Source of the DNA: an uncultured Armatimonadetes bacterium
GTDB lineage: Bacteria > Armatimonadota > UBA5829 > DTJY01
NCBI GenBank assembly: GCA_963717145.1
Contig: OY970325.1
Location: 512,001-576,000, forward strand
Direction of reading: 5' to 3'
DNA length: 64,000 nucleotides
Below the pieces are notes generated by a model that searched no databases, was not told the origin of the DNA, and worked only from the letters and a program-made list of their open reading frames with translations. The position numbers and the translations under genes were made by a program. Positions 1-9,688 of the stretch are shown one piece after another (the first letter of the stretch is position 1; every line of letters starts with the position of its first letter).

Positions 1-793
1 GCCCGGGCTTCGTGAAGTTCATCCGCCCGTGGAACTCCGGGGTGAATCGTCCTTCCGAGTAAGAACCGAGATAGTACTGCGCGCCCTGGTTATGGCTGAG
101 GAAGAGGAGCATGTGTCTGTCGCCGATCGGGAAGAAGTCGGGACATGCGCAGTCCTCCCCCGGGTCCGTGAAGACGCCGCCCTCGTAGAGCGCGCCGGCG
201 TACCCCCAGTGATCGAGGTCGCTCGACCTGTACAGATAGGCGATGTCCTTGCCCCCGAACTCCTGGTCTCGTCCGTCGCCGTACTGAGCGCCGGTGATGC
301 GCCCGGAGGCGGAGTAGTATGTCTCGCCCTCCTTCCAGATGCATGGATCGTAAGTCATCACCGGGTCGAACGGCACGATAGGGTTCGATGGGAGCTTCAC
401 CCAGTCGGTGAGCAACTCATCGCAGGCGGTGGCGATGGCATTTCCGCCCTGGTGTGCATGGTAGCAGGCCACAACCCTGTCCTCTTCGACGAGCGCCGTC
501 CCGCTCCAGCAGCCCTTCTCGTCATACGTGCCGGGGGTCGGTGTGAGGGCGATCGGGAGGTCCCGCCAGTGGACCAGATCATCGCTCACGGCATGCGCCC
601 AGTGGGCGAGTCCCACTCCCGTTCGGAGCAGGTCCGGCGCGTATTGGTAGAATAGATGCCATCTGCCCCTCCAGTAGACCGTCCCATTGGGATCATTCAT
701 CCATCCGTATGGAGCGATGAAGTGATACGCCGGGCGATAGGGGTCCGATGCCAGTTCCTCTCGGCGCCGTGCGGAATCGGTATCGTATGCCAT
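1..793 (-). CDS. Glycoside hydrolase family 32-like protein, runs off the left edge of the window
   Basis: Manually translated, not in the ORF track. ATG at 793 after RBS AAGGAGG. Reads RPAYHFIAPYGWMNDPNG...WHLFYQY...HAVSDDLVHW, then YDP and EDCACPDFFP in frame. Confidence 0.85.
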   Translation of the reverse strand, partial: MAYDTDSARRREELASDPYRPAYHFIAPYGWMNDPNGTVYWRGRWHLFYQYAPDLLRTGVGLAHWAHAVSDDLVHWRDLPIALTPTPGTYDEKGCWSGTALVEEDRVVACYHAHQGGNAIATACDELLTDWVKLPSNPIVPFDPVMTYDPCIWKEGETYYSASGRITGAQYGDGRDQEFGGKDIAYLYRSSDLDHWGYAGALYEGGVFTDPGEDCACPDFFPIGDRHMLLFLSHNQGAQYYLGSYSEGRFTPEFHGRMNFTKPG

Positions 794-869
794 ATCTGCC
801 TCCTTCAAGAATGGGGTAAGGCCGGCTTCAGTTGGCAGACCGATCCCCTTTGCCAATGCGGGCGGGACT

Positions 870-1718
870 TCACACGTTCAGGAATTTCTGCAATACCAGG
901 CAGTAATTGAAGCGCTCCTGGTCAAACCCCACGAGGCCGTACCCATCGAGGAACCGCTGCCATTCCGCCTCGTCCCGCATGTACCAGTGGATGACGCTGA
1001 GATCGTAGTACGGATCGCCGATGTCGACGAACTGCCAGTCGATCACCCCGGCTATTCGTCCGTTCTCCCACAGCATGTTCTTGGGCCGGTAATCGCCGTG
1101 CAGCAGGCAGGTAGTCCCGCCTCGTGCGGGTCGGTCTGCCAGCAGCCAGTCCATGGCAACGCTCGGAGGTTCTTCCGGCGTGAACTCGTCCGGGTCGAAG
1201 ACATTAGCCGCCATGTTGCGAGCGGCGATATCCAGGCTCGCCTTGATCCACTCGTCCCAGGTCCAGTTGTCAGCGATGCTGGTCGAATGTATCGAGGCCA
1301 GCAGCCTCCCCATCTGATCGACGGCATCCATTCTGATCCGTTCGTTCGATTCCATCAGAATACTCAGCGGCTCTCCGGGAGCGTAAGCTCGGAGATGATA
1401 GCTCAGGTCATCGGACTCCACATACGCCACTGACTCAGGGATGGGGACCGGGCTGTCGTGCAGAAGTTGCAGTGCGGTATGCTCCGCCCGGAGTTCCTGT
1501 GACCGATAGCCGCCCCTTGCGATCTTCAGGACGAACGTGCCGTGCTCGGCTTCCAAGAGAAGAACCAGGCATGGGCCATCGGCTTTCATCGGCTCAGAGG
1601 ACTGTATGCGCCCGGTCAGGCTTCCCAGTTCCGGGGGCAGGGAGAGCGGATCGAACGATGGCGAGCGCTGGTTCTCTCTCATAGGCGGTTCGGTCAGATA
1701 TCGGGCACGGCGTATCAT
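870..1718 (-). CDS. Aminoglycoside phosphotransferase/choline kinase-like (APH family) protein
   Basis: VLK, LLHGDYRPKNML and GVIDW motifs. ATGA overlap with the upstream gene at 1715-1718; start uncertain. Confidence 0.8.
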   Translation of the reverse strand: MIRRARYLTEPPMRENQRSPSFDPLSLPPELGSLTGRIQSSEPMKADGPCLVLLLEAEHGTFVLKIARGGYRSQELRAEHTALQLLHDSPVPIPESVAYVESDDLSYHLRAYAPGEPLSILMESNERIRMDAVDQMGRLLASIHSTSIADNWTWDEWIKASLDIAARNMAANVFDPDEFTPEEPPSVAMDWLLADRPARGGTTCLLHGDYRPKNMLWENGRIAGVIDWQFVDIGDPYYDLSVIHWYMRDEAEWQRFLDGYGLVGFDQERFNYCLVLQKFLNV

Positions 1719-2326
1719 CGGGGTCTGCCACCCCCGCCATCCACGTGCGACGCCACAGTCTGCGCTATGACATCCATCGCCAGGCACAGCTTCTCCTTCT
1801 TGAGCCCTCCGTGCTGTTCGAACGGCGGTACATGGATGAAGCCGCCTACGATATCCGGACGGCAGCGTGCGATGTAGTCCATCAGCCAGTAGAACATGAA
1901 GCCGCAGATATGCGGTCCGGCCCAGTGGGACTCACCGCATGAGATGCTGTGCTCACGCAGGCGCTCACAGATAGCCTCGTGAGGGAGTCCCGTCCAGTAG
2001 GCAGGTGGCCCGCTCTTGCGCACGAACTCAGAGCTGTGAGGCTTATCATCCACGACAGACAGACCTGGGATGATCAGATTGGTGGCAATGCGCTCGGTCA
2101 GGACCTGGTCTCCGCCTGTCATGCCGAAGCAGATGACGGCCTTCACGTCCGGCTCGATTCGGGGTCTGAGCAGCCTTGGCGCCTGTGCCCATGAGACCGT
2201 CAGTTGCCTGATGTCATGACGCCAGCCAGCCGGGAGATGGAACTCCGTGCTGTTGAGGCCCTCCCATGACGAGTTGTACCTCTCTTGACCCCATGTGCCG
2301 AACCCGGTCATCAGTATGGTCTTCAT
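1715..2326 (-). CDS. pcp: Pyroglutamyl-peptidase I (peptidase C15)
   Basis: KTILMTGFG, NSSWE, ERIA, AGPHICG (catalytic Cys) and GFIHVP (catalytic His). Confidence 0.85.
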   Translation of the reverse strand: MKTILMTGFGTWGQERYNSSWEGLNSTEFHLPAGWRHDIRQLTVSWAQAPRLLRPRIEPDVKAVICFGMTGGDQVLTERIATNLIIPGLSVVDDKPHSSEFVRKSGPPAYWTGLPHEAICERLREHSISCGESHWAGPHICGFMFYWLMDYIARCRPDIVGGFIHVPPFEQHGGLKKEKLCLAMDVIAQTVASHVDGGGGRPR

Positions 2327-2328
2327 CT

Positions 2329-3795
2329 TCACCTCGGCCATGCCGACTTCAGCTTGTAGACCTTCATCGAGACCACCCTCGCCGAACCGCCTTGCGCCTG
2401 GATCGACAGCTCGGCCTCATCGACTGAGGGCAGGAAGCACGAGGTCATCACGACCATCCCATCGTTACCGAAGACCTCGACGCTGGTGCGGTCGACGAGT
2501 ATCCGCAGCTTGATCCTGCCCTTGACCGGCGACAGGTTGGCGGTCCGTCCGAGGCATGAGAGCTTCCGGTCCTTCGCGGAGTAGCTGATCGTCTCGCCGA
2601 GCGCCTTGATCTCGATCCCGGTGGCGTCCTTCATCTCGATCTCCGCGCTGATGTCGAAGAGGTCGCCGCTGATCCCCGCGAGCAGGTTCTTCCCCGGCTC
2701 GAGCACCTTGTCCTCAAGGGTGTACTCCTTGTCGCGCAGGGTCTCGATCTCGCTGACCGGCAGCCGGCATATCCTCAGCCCCTCGGGGAACGACCGCAGC
2801 TTCAGTTCGGTCGGGAAGTTCATCTGTTGGTTGAACGGCATGGCGGGGTACTTCCCACCGTTCATCCAGGCGATCTGGATGCGCCGGCCGTCCGGGGCAT
2901 CGCTGTACGTCTGGACCGCATAGTAGTTCGCGCCGAAGTTGGCGGTGTGCGGCCCGCTCTCGGTCGTGTACTTCTTGCCATCGAACGTCCCGACGTAGTA
3001 GTCGCCGTTCGCCGCGGTGAGGATCCACTTCGTCTTGCCGTCCACCTTCAACGGGAAGAAGTCCGGGCATTCGCTGTGGCCGGGGAACTCGAAGTCCTGT
3101 ATCCTCGTCCACGATTTCGTGTCCTTCGACTCCAGGAGGGCGAAGGAGTTGCTGTCGATGTACAGGATCATGATCCACTTCCCGCCATACCGGATCACCT
3201 TGGGGTCGCGGTTCGATCCGGCGATGTGCGGGACGACGGGGTTGCCGGCGTACTTCGTCCATGTGTCGCCCGCGTCGGTGCTGTAGGCGATGCACTGGGT
3301 GAACGGGACGCCCTTCGACTCGTCCGACGACCCACCGGCGGCGGTATAGAACGCGATCATCGGCTTCTCCTTGCCGGTCTTGAACCCGGATGTGTTGTCG
3401 GCATCGACCACCGCGCTCCCGGAGAAGATCGTCCCCAGTCGGTCGGGGAGGATCGCGTTATCCACCTGTGTCCAGTGCACCAGATCGGTGCTCACCGCGT
3501 GTCCCCATGTCATGTTCCCCCAGTCGATGCCGGAGGGGTTGTGCTGGAAGAAGAGGTGGTATCGGCCCTTGTAGTAGACGAGGCCGTTTGGATCGTTCAG
3601 CCAGTTGGTCTTCGCGGTGAAATGGAACTGTGGCCGGTACTTCTCGGCATAGAGCTTGTCGGTCATGGGAATGGCAACCTTTCCGTCAGAGGTGCAGGGA
3701 ACGCCCGTCGTCGCGCGGCACACCGAGGGGAATACCAACCACGTCAGGCACATACAGACCAGCAATCGCCGCATCAACCTTAGACTATCAACCAT
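2329..3795 (-). CDS. Secreted GH32 levanase/beta-fructosidase
   Basis: Canonical WLNDPNG, FSGS, RDPKV and ECPD motifs, C-terminal beta-sandwich (ILVDRTSVEVF), signal peptide-like N-terminus. Confidence 0.9.
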   Translation of the reverse strand: MVDSLRLMRRLLVCMCLTWLVFPSVCRATTGVPCTSDGKVAIPMTDKLYAEKYRPQFHFTAKTNWLNDPNGLVYYKGRYHLFFQHNPSGIDWGNMTWGHAVSTDLVHWTQVDNAILPDRLGTIFSGSAVVDADNTSGFKTGKEKPMIAFYTAAGGSSDESKGVPFTQCIAYSTDAGDTWTKYAGNPVVPHIAGSNRDPKVIRYGGKWIMILYIDSNSFALLESKDTKSWTRIQDFEFPGHSECPDFFPLKVDGKTKWILTAANGDYYVGTFDGKKYTTESGPHTANFGANYYAVQTYSDAPDGRRIQIAWMNGGKYPAMPFNQQMNFPTELKLRSFPEGLRICRLPVSEIETLRDKEYTLEDKVLEPGKNLLAGISGDLFDISAEIEMKDATGIEIKALGETISYSAKDRKLSCLGRTANLSPVKGRIKLRILVDRTSVEVFGNDGMVVMTSCFLPSVDEAELSIQAQGGSARVVSMKVYKLKSAWPR

Positions 3796-3979
3796 TCCCC
3801 ATCCCTCCAAAGAGCTTCGCGAAGAAGTGCTCGGGCTGCGCCGCCGTAGCCGCAGGCTTTGGACTGCGCCCTGAGGGGTCATCCGCCCGGCAGCCGATCG
3901 AGCACAGGAAGACGAGCAGCGCGATCGCGGGGCAGACGAGCAGAGTGGCGCCAAACCGTCCGTTTCGGAAAAAGCCCAT
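3788..3979 (-). CDS. Small exported or lipoprotein-like hypothetical protein (63 aa)
   Basis: RBS GGGAGG before ATG 3979, hydrophobic stretch ending SIGC, overlaps the GH32 start. Confidence 0.45.
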   Translation of the reverse strand: MGFFRNGRFGATLLVCPAIALLVFLCSIGCRADDPSGRSPKPAATAAQPEHFFAKLFGGMGNG

Positions 3980-4184
3980 AGCGTTAACCTCCCGGGATGG
4001 ATGTTCCGCCTCATTATAGCGCAGAGGTGCCGGAAAGGTAAACGAGGGGCTCACCAGTCGTTTCAGTGTATTACTCACTCCACCGTCTCGTACATTCCTT
4101 GGAGGGATAAGAACCTCCGCTGGTGAATACACATGCAGATAGAAGCAGTACCCAGATTCGAGTAGTCAATGCGAGGTCGTGGAA

Positions 4185-4373
4185 ATGCCCAGAAACCCAG
4201 CTTGGACTCGTGAGGAACTGATACTTGGCTTCGGCCTCCTATACCGCTCCAACCTCATCCTTGTACGAGGCAGGCCCTCAGAGATCATTCACCCTGATGC
4301 TGGTGGGCAGAGATCGGCATGTCAAGAAGTGGACCGCGTGTGGAAGGGGGTAAGCAGCATTGCGCAAGCATGA
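4185..4373 (+). pseudogene. Remnant of an HNH/McrA-like restriction endonuclease N-terminus
   Basis: MPRNPAWTREELIL resembles the RNPxWTRDELIL N-terminal motif of many HNH restriction nucleases, then decays; no HNH domain follows. Confidence 0.5.
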
Positions 4374-5982
4374 CAACACTCCCAACGCAGCTCGAACGTT
4401 AGATGCGCTCCGCAGCGTCGGCTATGATTTCAATGCCGCTGTCGCCGATCTTGTAGACAACAGTATTGCGGCGGGTGCTGTGAACGTATGGGTGTTCTTC
4501 TACAGGTCAGGCGACGACTTCAGATTGAGGATTGTTGACAACGGCCGGGGCATGACTGCGGATGCGGTAAAGGAAGCCATGCGTCTTGGCACAGAGACTA
4601 CCTATGAGCAAGGAAGCTTAGGCAAGTACGGGTTCGGCCTGAAGACTGCATCGATCAGCCAGTGTCGCAGACTCACAGTATTGTCGCGAGCCAAACGCGA
4701 CCAGGAGTATCATGGCTTCACACTGGATATAGACGAGGTGCATAAGTCCAACCAATGGGAGATCACCGAAACATCAGCCGGAGACATCGGCAAGTATGTT
4801 GAGACTCGAATGGTTCCGAGTGGCACCGGCACGTCGGTACTCTGGGAGAAGATCGATCGCCTTGCCGAGGAGTACAATTCATTCCAGCGAGAAGGTGCTG
4901 CAGATAACTGGGTTGGCCGAAAGCTTGATGAACTCAAACAACACCTAAGCATGGTCTTCCACCGCTTCCTCGACGGATCAGCGGAAAGACGCAAGCCACT
5001 TGTGATCAGCTTCAACGGAAACAAGCTTGTCCCCTGGGACCCCTTCTGCACTGCCGAGCCAAACACAAGACGGTTACACGAAAAAGCCTTCATTCCACGC
5101 GAGCATGGATGCAGTGCCCCGGTCCGCGTGAAACCGTACATACTGCCGGTTAGAGAAGGTCCCGGAGGCTTCTCTTCCAGACAAGCCTGGGAGTCGGCCG
5201 CTGGGCCGCTCAAGTGGAATGATTCTCAGGGATACTATGTATACCGTGAAGATCGCCTGATACATTTCGGGGGCTGGCTATGGACGAGGGCAAAGGACGA
5301 GCATGTCAAATGCGCGCGAGTGGCTTTGTTGTTTCGCTCGGAACACGATGACGCATTCGAGATCTCTGTGAACAAGGTGCAAGTGAAGCTTCCCGCGAGT
5401 CTTCGGGAGTTCCTTGTAAACGAGGTGAACCCGGAGGTCGTGAAGATCGCGAACGAAACGTACCGTGGAAGTGCCCGTGGAGGCGATACAGGCAACCGCC
5501 ACAAGCGCTCAAGCCAAGTTGTGAAGAGCACTGCTCCCACGGCTATGCAGGAAGACCGTGTGAGTGTCCAGCCTAATGGCGCGGGCCATATCGAGGTGCA
5601 CAATCCCAAGGGAAGATTCGTCCTGAACCCAGAACGAGATACCATCGATATGGGTCTCCAGCGTTTTGAGATAAGAACAGGCGTTGTTGAGGACGGCGCT
5701 GTCTGGAAACTGGTTGGCACCCCTGAATGCGGGTTTGCGGTGATTCTCAATAGCGACCACCCGTTCTACCAGCTTGCATACGAAAACGGCAAACCGACGG
5801 CAGCTCTTACCATATTGCAGGATGCGCTTCTCTGCGCTATGGCCTATGCCGAGCTTCGATGTGGGTCAACAGGTAATCTGAGCTTGTTCAATGAGATTCG
5901 ACATGCGGTGTCGCAATTCTTGGAAAAGTGGACTGCCGATGCTCTGCAGACGACGCCACTCTCGAGTAGGAAGTCATCATGA
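4360..5982 (+). CDS. MORC/MutL-type GHKL ATPase (HATPase_c_3), MzaA-like
   Basis: ADLVDNSIAA, DNGRGM, LGKYGFGLKTAS and GTGT GHKL motifs. Confidence 0.9.
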   Translation: MRKHDNTPNAARTLDALRSVGYDFNAAVADLVDNSIAAGAVNVWVFFYRSGDDFRLRIVDNGRGMTADAVKEAMRLGTETTYEQGSLGKYGFGLKTASISQCRRLTVLSRAKRDQEYHGFTLDIDEVHKSNQWEITETSAGDIGKYVETRMVPSGTGTSVLWEKIDRLAEEYNSFQREGAADNWVGRKLDELKQHLSMVFHRFLDGSAERRKPLVISFNGNKLVPWDPFCTAEPNTRRLHEKAFIPREHGCSAPVRVKPYILPVREGPGGFSSRQAWESAAGPLKWNDSQGYYVYREDRLIHFGGWLWTRAKDEHVKCARVALLFRSEHDDAFEISVNKVQVKLPASLREFLVNEVNPEVVKIANETYRGSARGGDTGNRHKRSSQVVKSTAPTAMQEDRVSVQPNGAGHIEVHNPKGRFVLNPERDTIDMGLQRFEIRTGVVEDGAVWKLVGTPECGFAVILNSDHPFYQLAYENGKPTAALTILQDALLCAMAYAELRCGSTGNLSLFNEIRHAVSQFLEKWTADALQTTPLSSRKSS

Positions 5983-8612
5983 TAAGCCGCACTGACATCG
6001 CTGTTCATGCCATACTTCTGCAGGTGCAGGGCGGGTCCGACCTTGGTGAGGCACTTGCGGCGTACACAAACCCCTTCGATCGTGAGCCACTTCTTCCCGA
6101 GGAAGCCGACGATGTCTTGGCTCGGGTAAGCCGTGAGATAAGGTTTCAGGGTGCTCGCGCTACAGCGGAAGTTGAGGATCCCATTGTCATTGCAGAGAGG
6201 CATTTGCCGTGGTATGAGGACTGGCTTCTGGAGAATCCAAACCCCGCTAATCGGTATTACTGGAACCGACTGGCCGAATTCGTGGGAAGAACCTTCCAAA
6301 GTCGTTATTCACCCGAGGAAGCAGGCGCAATCCTACGTTCCATTGATAACTCCTCCGACGCCATTCTTCATCAGATGGAATCCACAGAACGGGGCTACTT
6401 CTCCTCAAAGGGATTGGTGGTCGGATATGTTCAGAGCGGCAAGACAGCTAACTTCACGGCGGTGGTGGCCAAGGCATTAGACGCTGGCTATCGCCTGGTG
6501 GTTGTCTTGACCGGGATTCATGAGAACCTTCGTCGCCAGACACAGCAACGAATGGATTGCGAGTTGACCGGAGAACCCGACCACAGAGAGCTAGATCATG
6601 TACCCCTCCATAGCCCTAACAGGCGTTTCTCCAGGTTTACTACCAGGGACTGCGATTTTGCGTCCACAGGCCTGGGCCATCTAGACGTAGATGAGGGATA
6701 TCCCAATCCCATACTTCTTGTCATGAAGAAGAACCCCGCTCGGATGAGAAGCTTCATCCGCTGGGTGGAGCGAGCATCTGAGGAGACCCGTTTCCATCTC
6801 CCCCTCCTTCTCATCGATGATGAAGCGGACTTGGCGTCGATAGACACCCGCTACGGACGAGGTCAGGGACCAACAACTACGCCAACGCCCACCAATGAGA
6901 GCATTAGGCGGATCCTTGCTCTGTTTCCTCGCAATGTCTATGTCGGATACACCGCCACACCGTTCGCGAATGTGCTCATCGACATGAGCGTCGAACATGA
7001 CACATGTGGACGCGATCTGTACCCACGAAACTTCATCGTAGCCCTACCACGCCCAGAGGATTACTTCGGCGCGGAGAGGGTCTTCTCGCGAGGGCGTGAT
7101 AGCCATTACGTCAGGACCATCGCCACTGCCGAACTACCTCGGTTCGTCCCGACGACGACAACGCTCCATAGCATACCCCGTGATGTAACCGGATCGCTGT
7201 ATAATGCAGTATTGTCCTTCATCCTTGCCGGCGCGGCCAGGGCCGCAAGGCAGCAGGGCGCAAAGCCCATGACCATGCTCGTCCATACTACGCATCGGCA
7301 GGCAGGGCACAGTCGCATGCGTGAAGTCTTGGACCGCTACTGCAACTCGCTGAGAGCCTTGTGGGCTGATCAGTACGAAGGTCCTCGGCTTCGTCGTCAC
7401 TTTGCCTGCCTGTGGCATCAGGATTTCATGCGCACTACTCAGATGCTGGACGACGACTTTCCGGGACGGAGAATGGGCTTCTCTGCTATCGAGGGGCATA
7501 TTCCTACCTTTCTGGACCAGATTCATGTCCTGGAGCTGAACGCGAGCTCAGAGGATGAGCTAGATTACACCCAGTATCCAGACCGCAAGGTCATTGCCGT
7601 GGGGGGGAATCAGCTATCCAGAGGGCTGACACTGGAGGGCCTCGCTGTCAGCTTCTACTTGCGAAGGACCGGGGCGTACGATACGCTCTTGCAGATGGGG
7701 AGATGGTTTGGCTACAGAAGTGGCTACGAGGACCTAACTCGCGTGTATACGTCAGAGGTGCTCGCGAGCTGGTTTGAGGACTTGGCCCTTGTAGAACAGG
7801 AACTCCGAGATGACATTGGACGATATGAGGATGAAGGTCTCACTCCCGCAGAAGTCTCCGTCCGCATACGGGCGCATCGGACTCTTCGCGTAACGGCCCG
7901 AAACAAGATGGGTGCGGCGCAGGTCATAAGGGGTTCGTTTAGTGGCAGGTTAGCCCAGACTATCTGGTTCCAGTTGGATCAGCCTGCGGTGCTGAGGCAG
8001 AACTTGGCCACAGCAGGTAGCTTTGTTGATGAATTGCACCAAGCCTATCCCTGCCAGCAACGGGATGGAGCATACATCCTCCAAGGTATTCCACATGGTC
8101 CAGTCATGGACTTCTTGGAGGGCTACAGGTTTGACCCGAGAACACACGATGCGGGGCCCGGTCTCGACAGCGACGACATGCTTGAGTACATCAGGAGACA
8201 GATTGGCTCCGGGGAGCTGACCCAGTGGAATGTGGCTGTGGTTGGGCAGACGGAATCAAGGCCCCGCGAGAACACGCCCATTGAGCTGGGAGGCGTCAGC
8301 ATCATCCCGGTACGACGAACCCGGATGCAGAAGCATCGGTGGAAGATAGGTGTCCTGAGTGATCCCAATGATCTGACTCTGGATGAAGAGGGGGTACGAG
8401 GGAATCCCCACGAAGGACGACGACATCCGTTGTTGCTGCTCTACCCTGTCTGGCATGGTTCACAGCCCGACAGGCCTTCTGGCACCAGGGAGACTCTGTT
8501 CAAGGATATAGAGGAGCAAGTCGATCTTCTCGGTCTGGTCATCGTGTTTCCCAAGAGCCAATCTGAGCCTAATATTGTCATTTCGCAGCCTGATGGAAGG
8601 GATGCGGTCTAG
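5979..8612 (+). CDS. Z1-domain helicase-like/endonuclease protein, MzaB-like
   Basis: GYVQSGKT Walker A, IDDEAD Walker B, GYTATPFAN, LSRGLTLEGL and DTLLQMGRWFGYR. Confidence 0.9.
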   Translation: MISRTDIAVHAILLQVQGGSDLGEALAAYTNPFDREPLLPEEADDVLARVSREIRFQGARATAEVEDPIVIAERHLPWYEDWLLENPNPANRYYWNRLAEFVGRTFQSRYSPEEAGAILRSIDNSSDAILHQMESTERGYFSSKGLVVGYVQSGKTANFTAVVAKALDAGYRLVVVLTGIHENLRRQTQQRMDCELTGEPDHRELDHVPLHSPNRRFSRFTTRDCDFASTGLGHLDVDEGYPNPILLVMKKNPARMRSFIRWVERASEETRFHLPLLLIDDEADLASIDTRYGRGQGPTTTPTPTNESIRRILALFPRNVYVGYTATPFANVLIDMSVEHDTCGRDLYPRNFIVALPRPEDYFGAERVFSRGRDSHYVRTIATAELPRFVPTTTTLHSIPRDVTGSLYNAVLSFILAGAARAARQQGAKPMTMLVHTTHRQAGHSRMREVLDRYCNSLRALWADQYEGPRLRRHFACLWHQDFMRTTQMLDDDFPGRRMGFSAIEGHIPTFLDQIHVLELNASSEDELDYTQYPDRKVIAVGGNQLSRGLTLEGLAVSFYLRRTGAYDTLLQMGRWFGYRSGYEDLTRVYTSEVLASWFEDLALVEQELRDDIGRYEDEGLTPAEVSVRIRAHRTLRVTARNKMGAAQVIRGSFSGRLAQTIWFQLDQPAVLRQNLATAGSFVDELHQAYPCQQRDGAYILQGIPHGPVMDFLEGYRFDPRTHDAGPGLDSDDMLEYIRRQIGSGELTQWNVAVVGQTESRPRENTPIELGGVSIIPVRRTRMQKHRWKIGVLSDPNDLTLDEEGVRGNPHEGRRHPLLLLYPVWHGSQPDRPSGTRETLFKDIEEQVDLLGLVIVFPKSQSEPNIVISQPDGRDAV

Positions 8613-9649
8613 TGGATATCGAGGCGGTAACTCAGGCAATATGGGCGAATCTGCGAGGAAAGGAGACCTCGGATCTTTCCATGGCCCCAGCGGAGCCGCT
8701 TACCTTTATGAGTAAGGAGAGCCCGTATGTTTGTGTCATGGTATCACGTGATGGGACACTGCACCTCCTGCTGTCACCAGATTCGCCACTGGCTGAAAAG
8801 CTGATAGACCCCGGAGTTGTCGGCATACGCGTTGGCCTGTTGCCTGACTGTCTTGTGGTGGGCAGGCCGAGGCAGACCTACATTGACGTACGCTGCGATT
8901 CCCAGCAGTTCTCCGGACCGTTCACGGTAGTGATCAGGCAGGTCGCTCTCGCCATCCTACGCGATGGAAAGCCGCCGAGTGTTGCTGTGAATTCGGTTCT
9001 CCGCCTCTGGCGACGGTTCTGGATCAGACAGCCCACGGGTGCTCTGTCGGAGGCCGAACAACTCGGTCTGCTGGCGGAGCTAATGATGCTGCAGGCTCTG
9101 ATCGAGGCTGGTGTTCAGAACGCCGTCTTGGCTTGGACTGGCCCACTGGGTGGCGAACATGATTTCGAATTGCCGGGCATAGCACTTGAGGTCAAATCGA
9201 CTCTAGGCAATCAGCGAAGGCACCTGATCAATGGTCTTCATCAGTTGGAGATGACTTCCGGACGCGCGCTCCTGGTAGTCTCCACCCTTGCCCTCCGTGG
9301 CGAAGGAGGAGTTGCGCTGTCAGGCACGGCAGCCCTTCTCTTGAACATGATTGACACTCCAGAAGAACAGGAAGGGTATCTGGATCGTCTCGCCGCCGCG
9401 GGGTACTCCCCGGCACATGATGATGAGTACGCGATTTCCCTCTTCATCATGGGAGAGCCGGTGGTGTTCCATGTTGATGAAGGATTTCCCAAGATCACAC
9501 CAGAATCGCTTACTAAGCCCATATCCCCCCGAATCGATGCCGTACGCTACAGCGTTGATCTCGATGGGTTGCCACATTTCGGGATGCAGTCACAGGACTT
9601 TGTGAAACTGCTACGCTCAGGAAGTGACGAGCAGCATTCAGGAGTCTGA
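8612..9649 (+). CDS. PD-(D/E)XK motif protein (DUF4420-like), MzaC-like
   Basis: GLLAEL, WTGP, HDF...LEVKST, INGLHQL and FPKIT motifs; coupled to the Z1 gene. Confidence 0.85.
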   Translation: MDIEAVTQAIWANLRGKETSDLSMAPAEPLTFMSKESPYVCVMVSRDGTLHLLLSPDSPLAEKLIDPGVVGIRVGLLPDCLVVGRPRQTYIDVRCDSQQFSGPFTVVIRQVALAILRDGKPPSVAVNSVLRLWRRFWIRQPTGALSEAEQLGLLAELMMLQALIEAGVQNAVLAWTGPLGGEHDFELPGIALEVKSTLGNQRRHLINGLHQLEMTSGRALLVVSTLALRGEGGVALSGTAALLLNMIDTPEEQEGYLDRLAAAGYSPAHDDEYAISLFIMGEPVVFHVDEGFPKITPESLTKPISPRIDAVRYSVDLDGLPHFGMQSQDFVKLLRSGSDEQHSGV

Positions 9650-9688
9650 TCCTGGGGTACGGGATCGCCGTATTGATGATTCGGAGGT

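Noticed and set aside
29-655. 208-aa plus-strand ORF and other long antisense ORFs (2827-3783, 33060-34187, 50414-51793, 53264-54451)
   Set aside because: Shadow frames of real minus-strand genes in GC-rich DNA.
870-1718. Bona fide aminoglycoside resistance gene
   Set aside because: Only superfamily kinase motifs are visible; no mobile context and the substrate is unknown.
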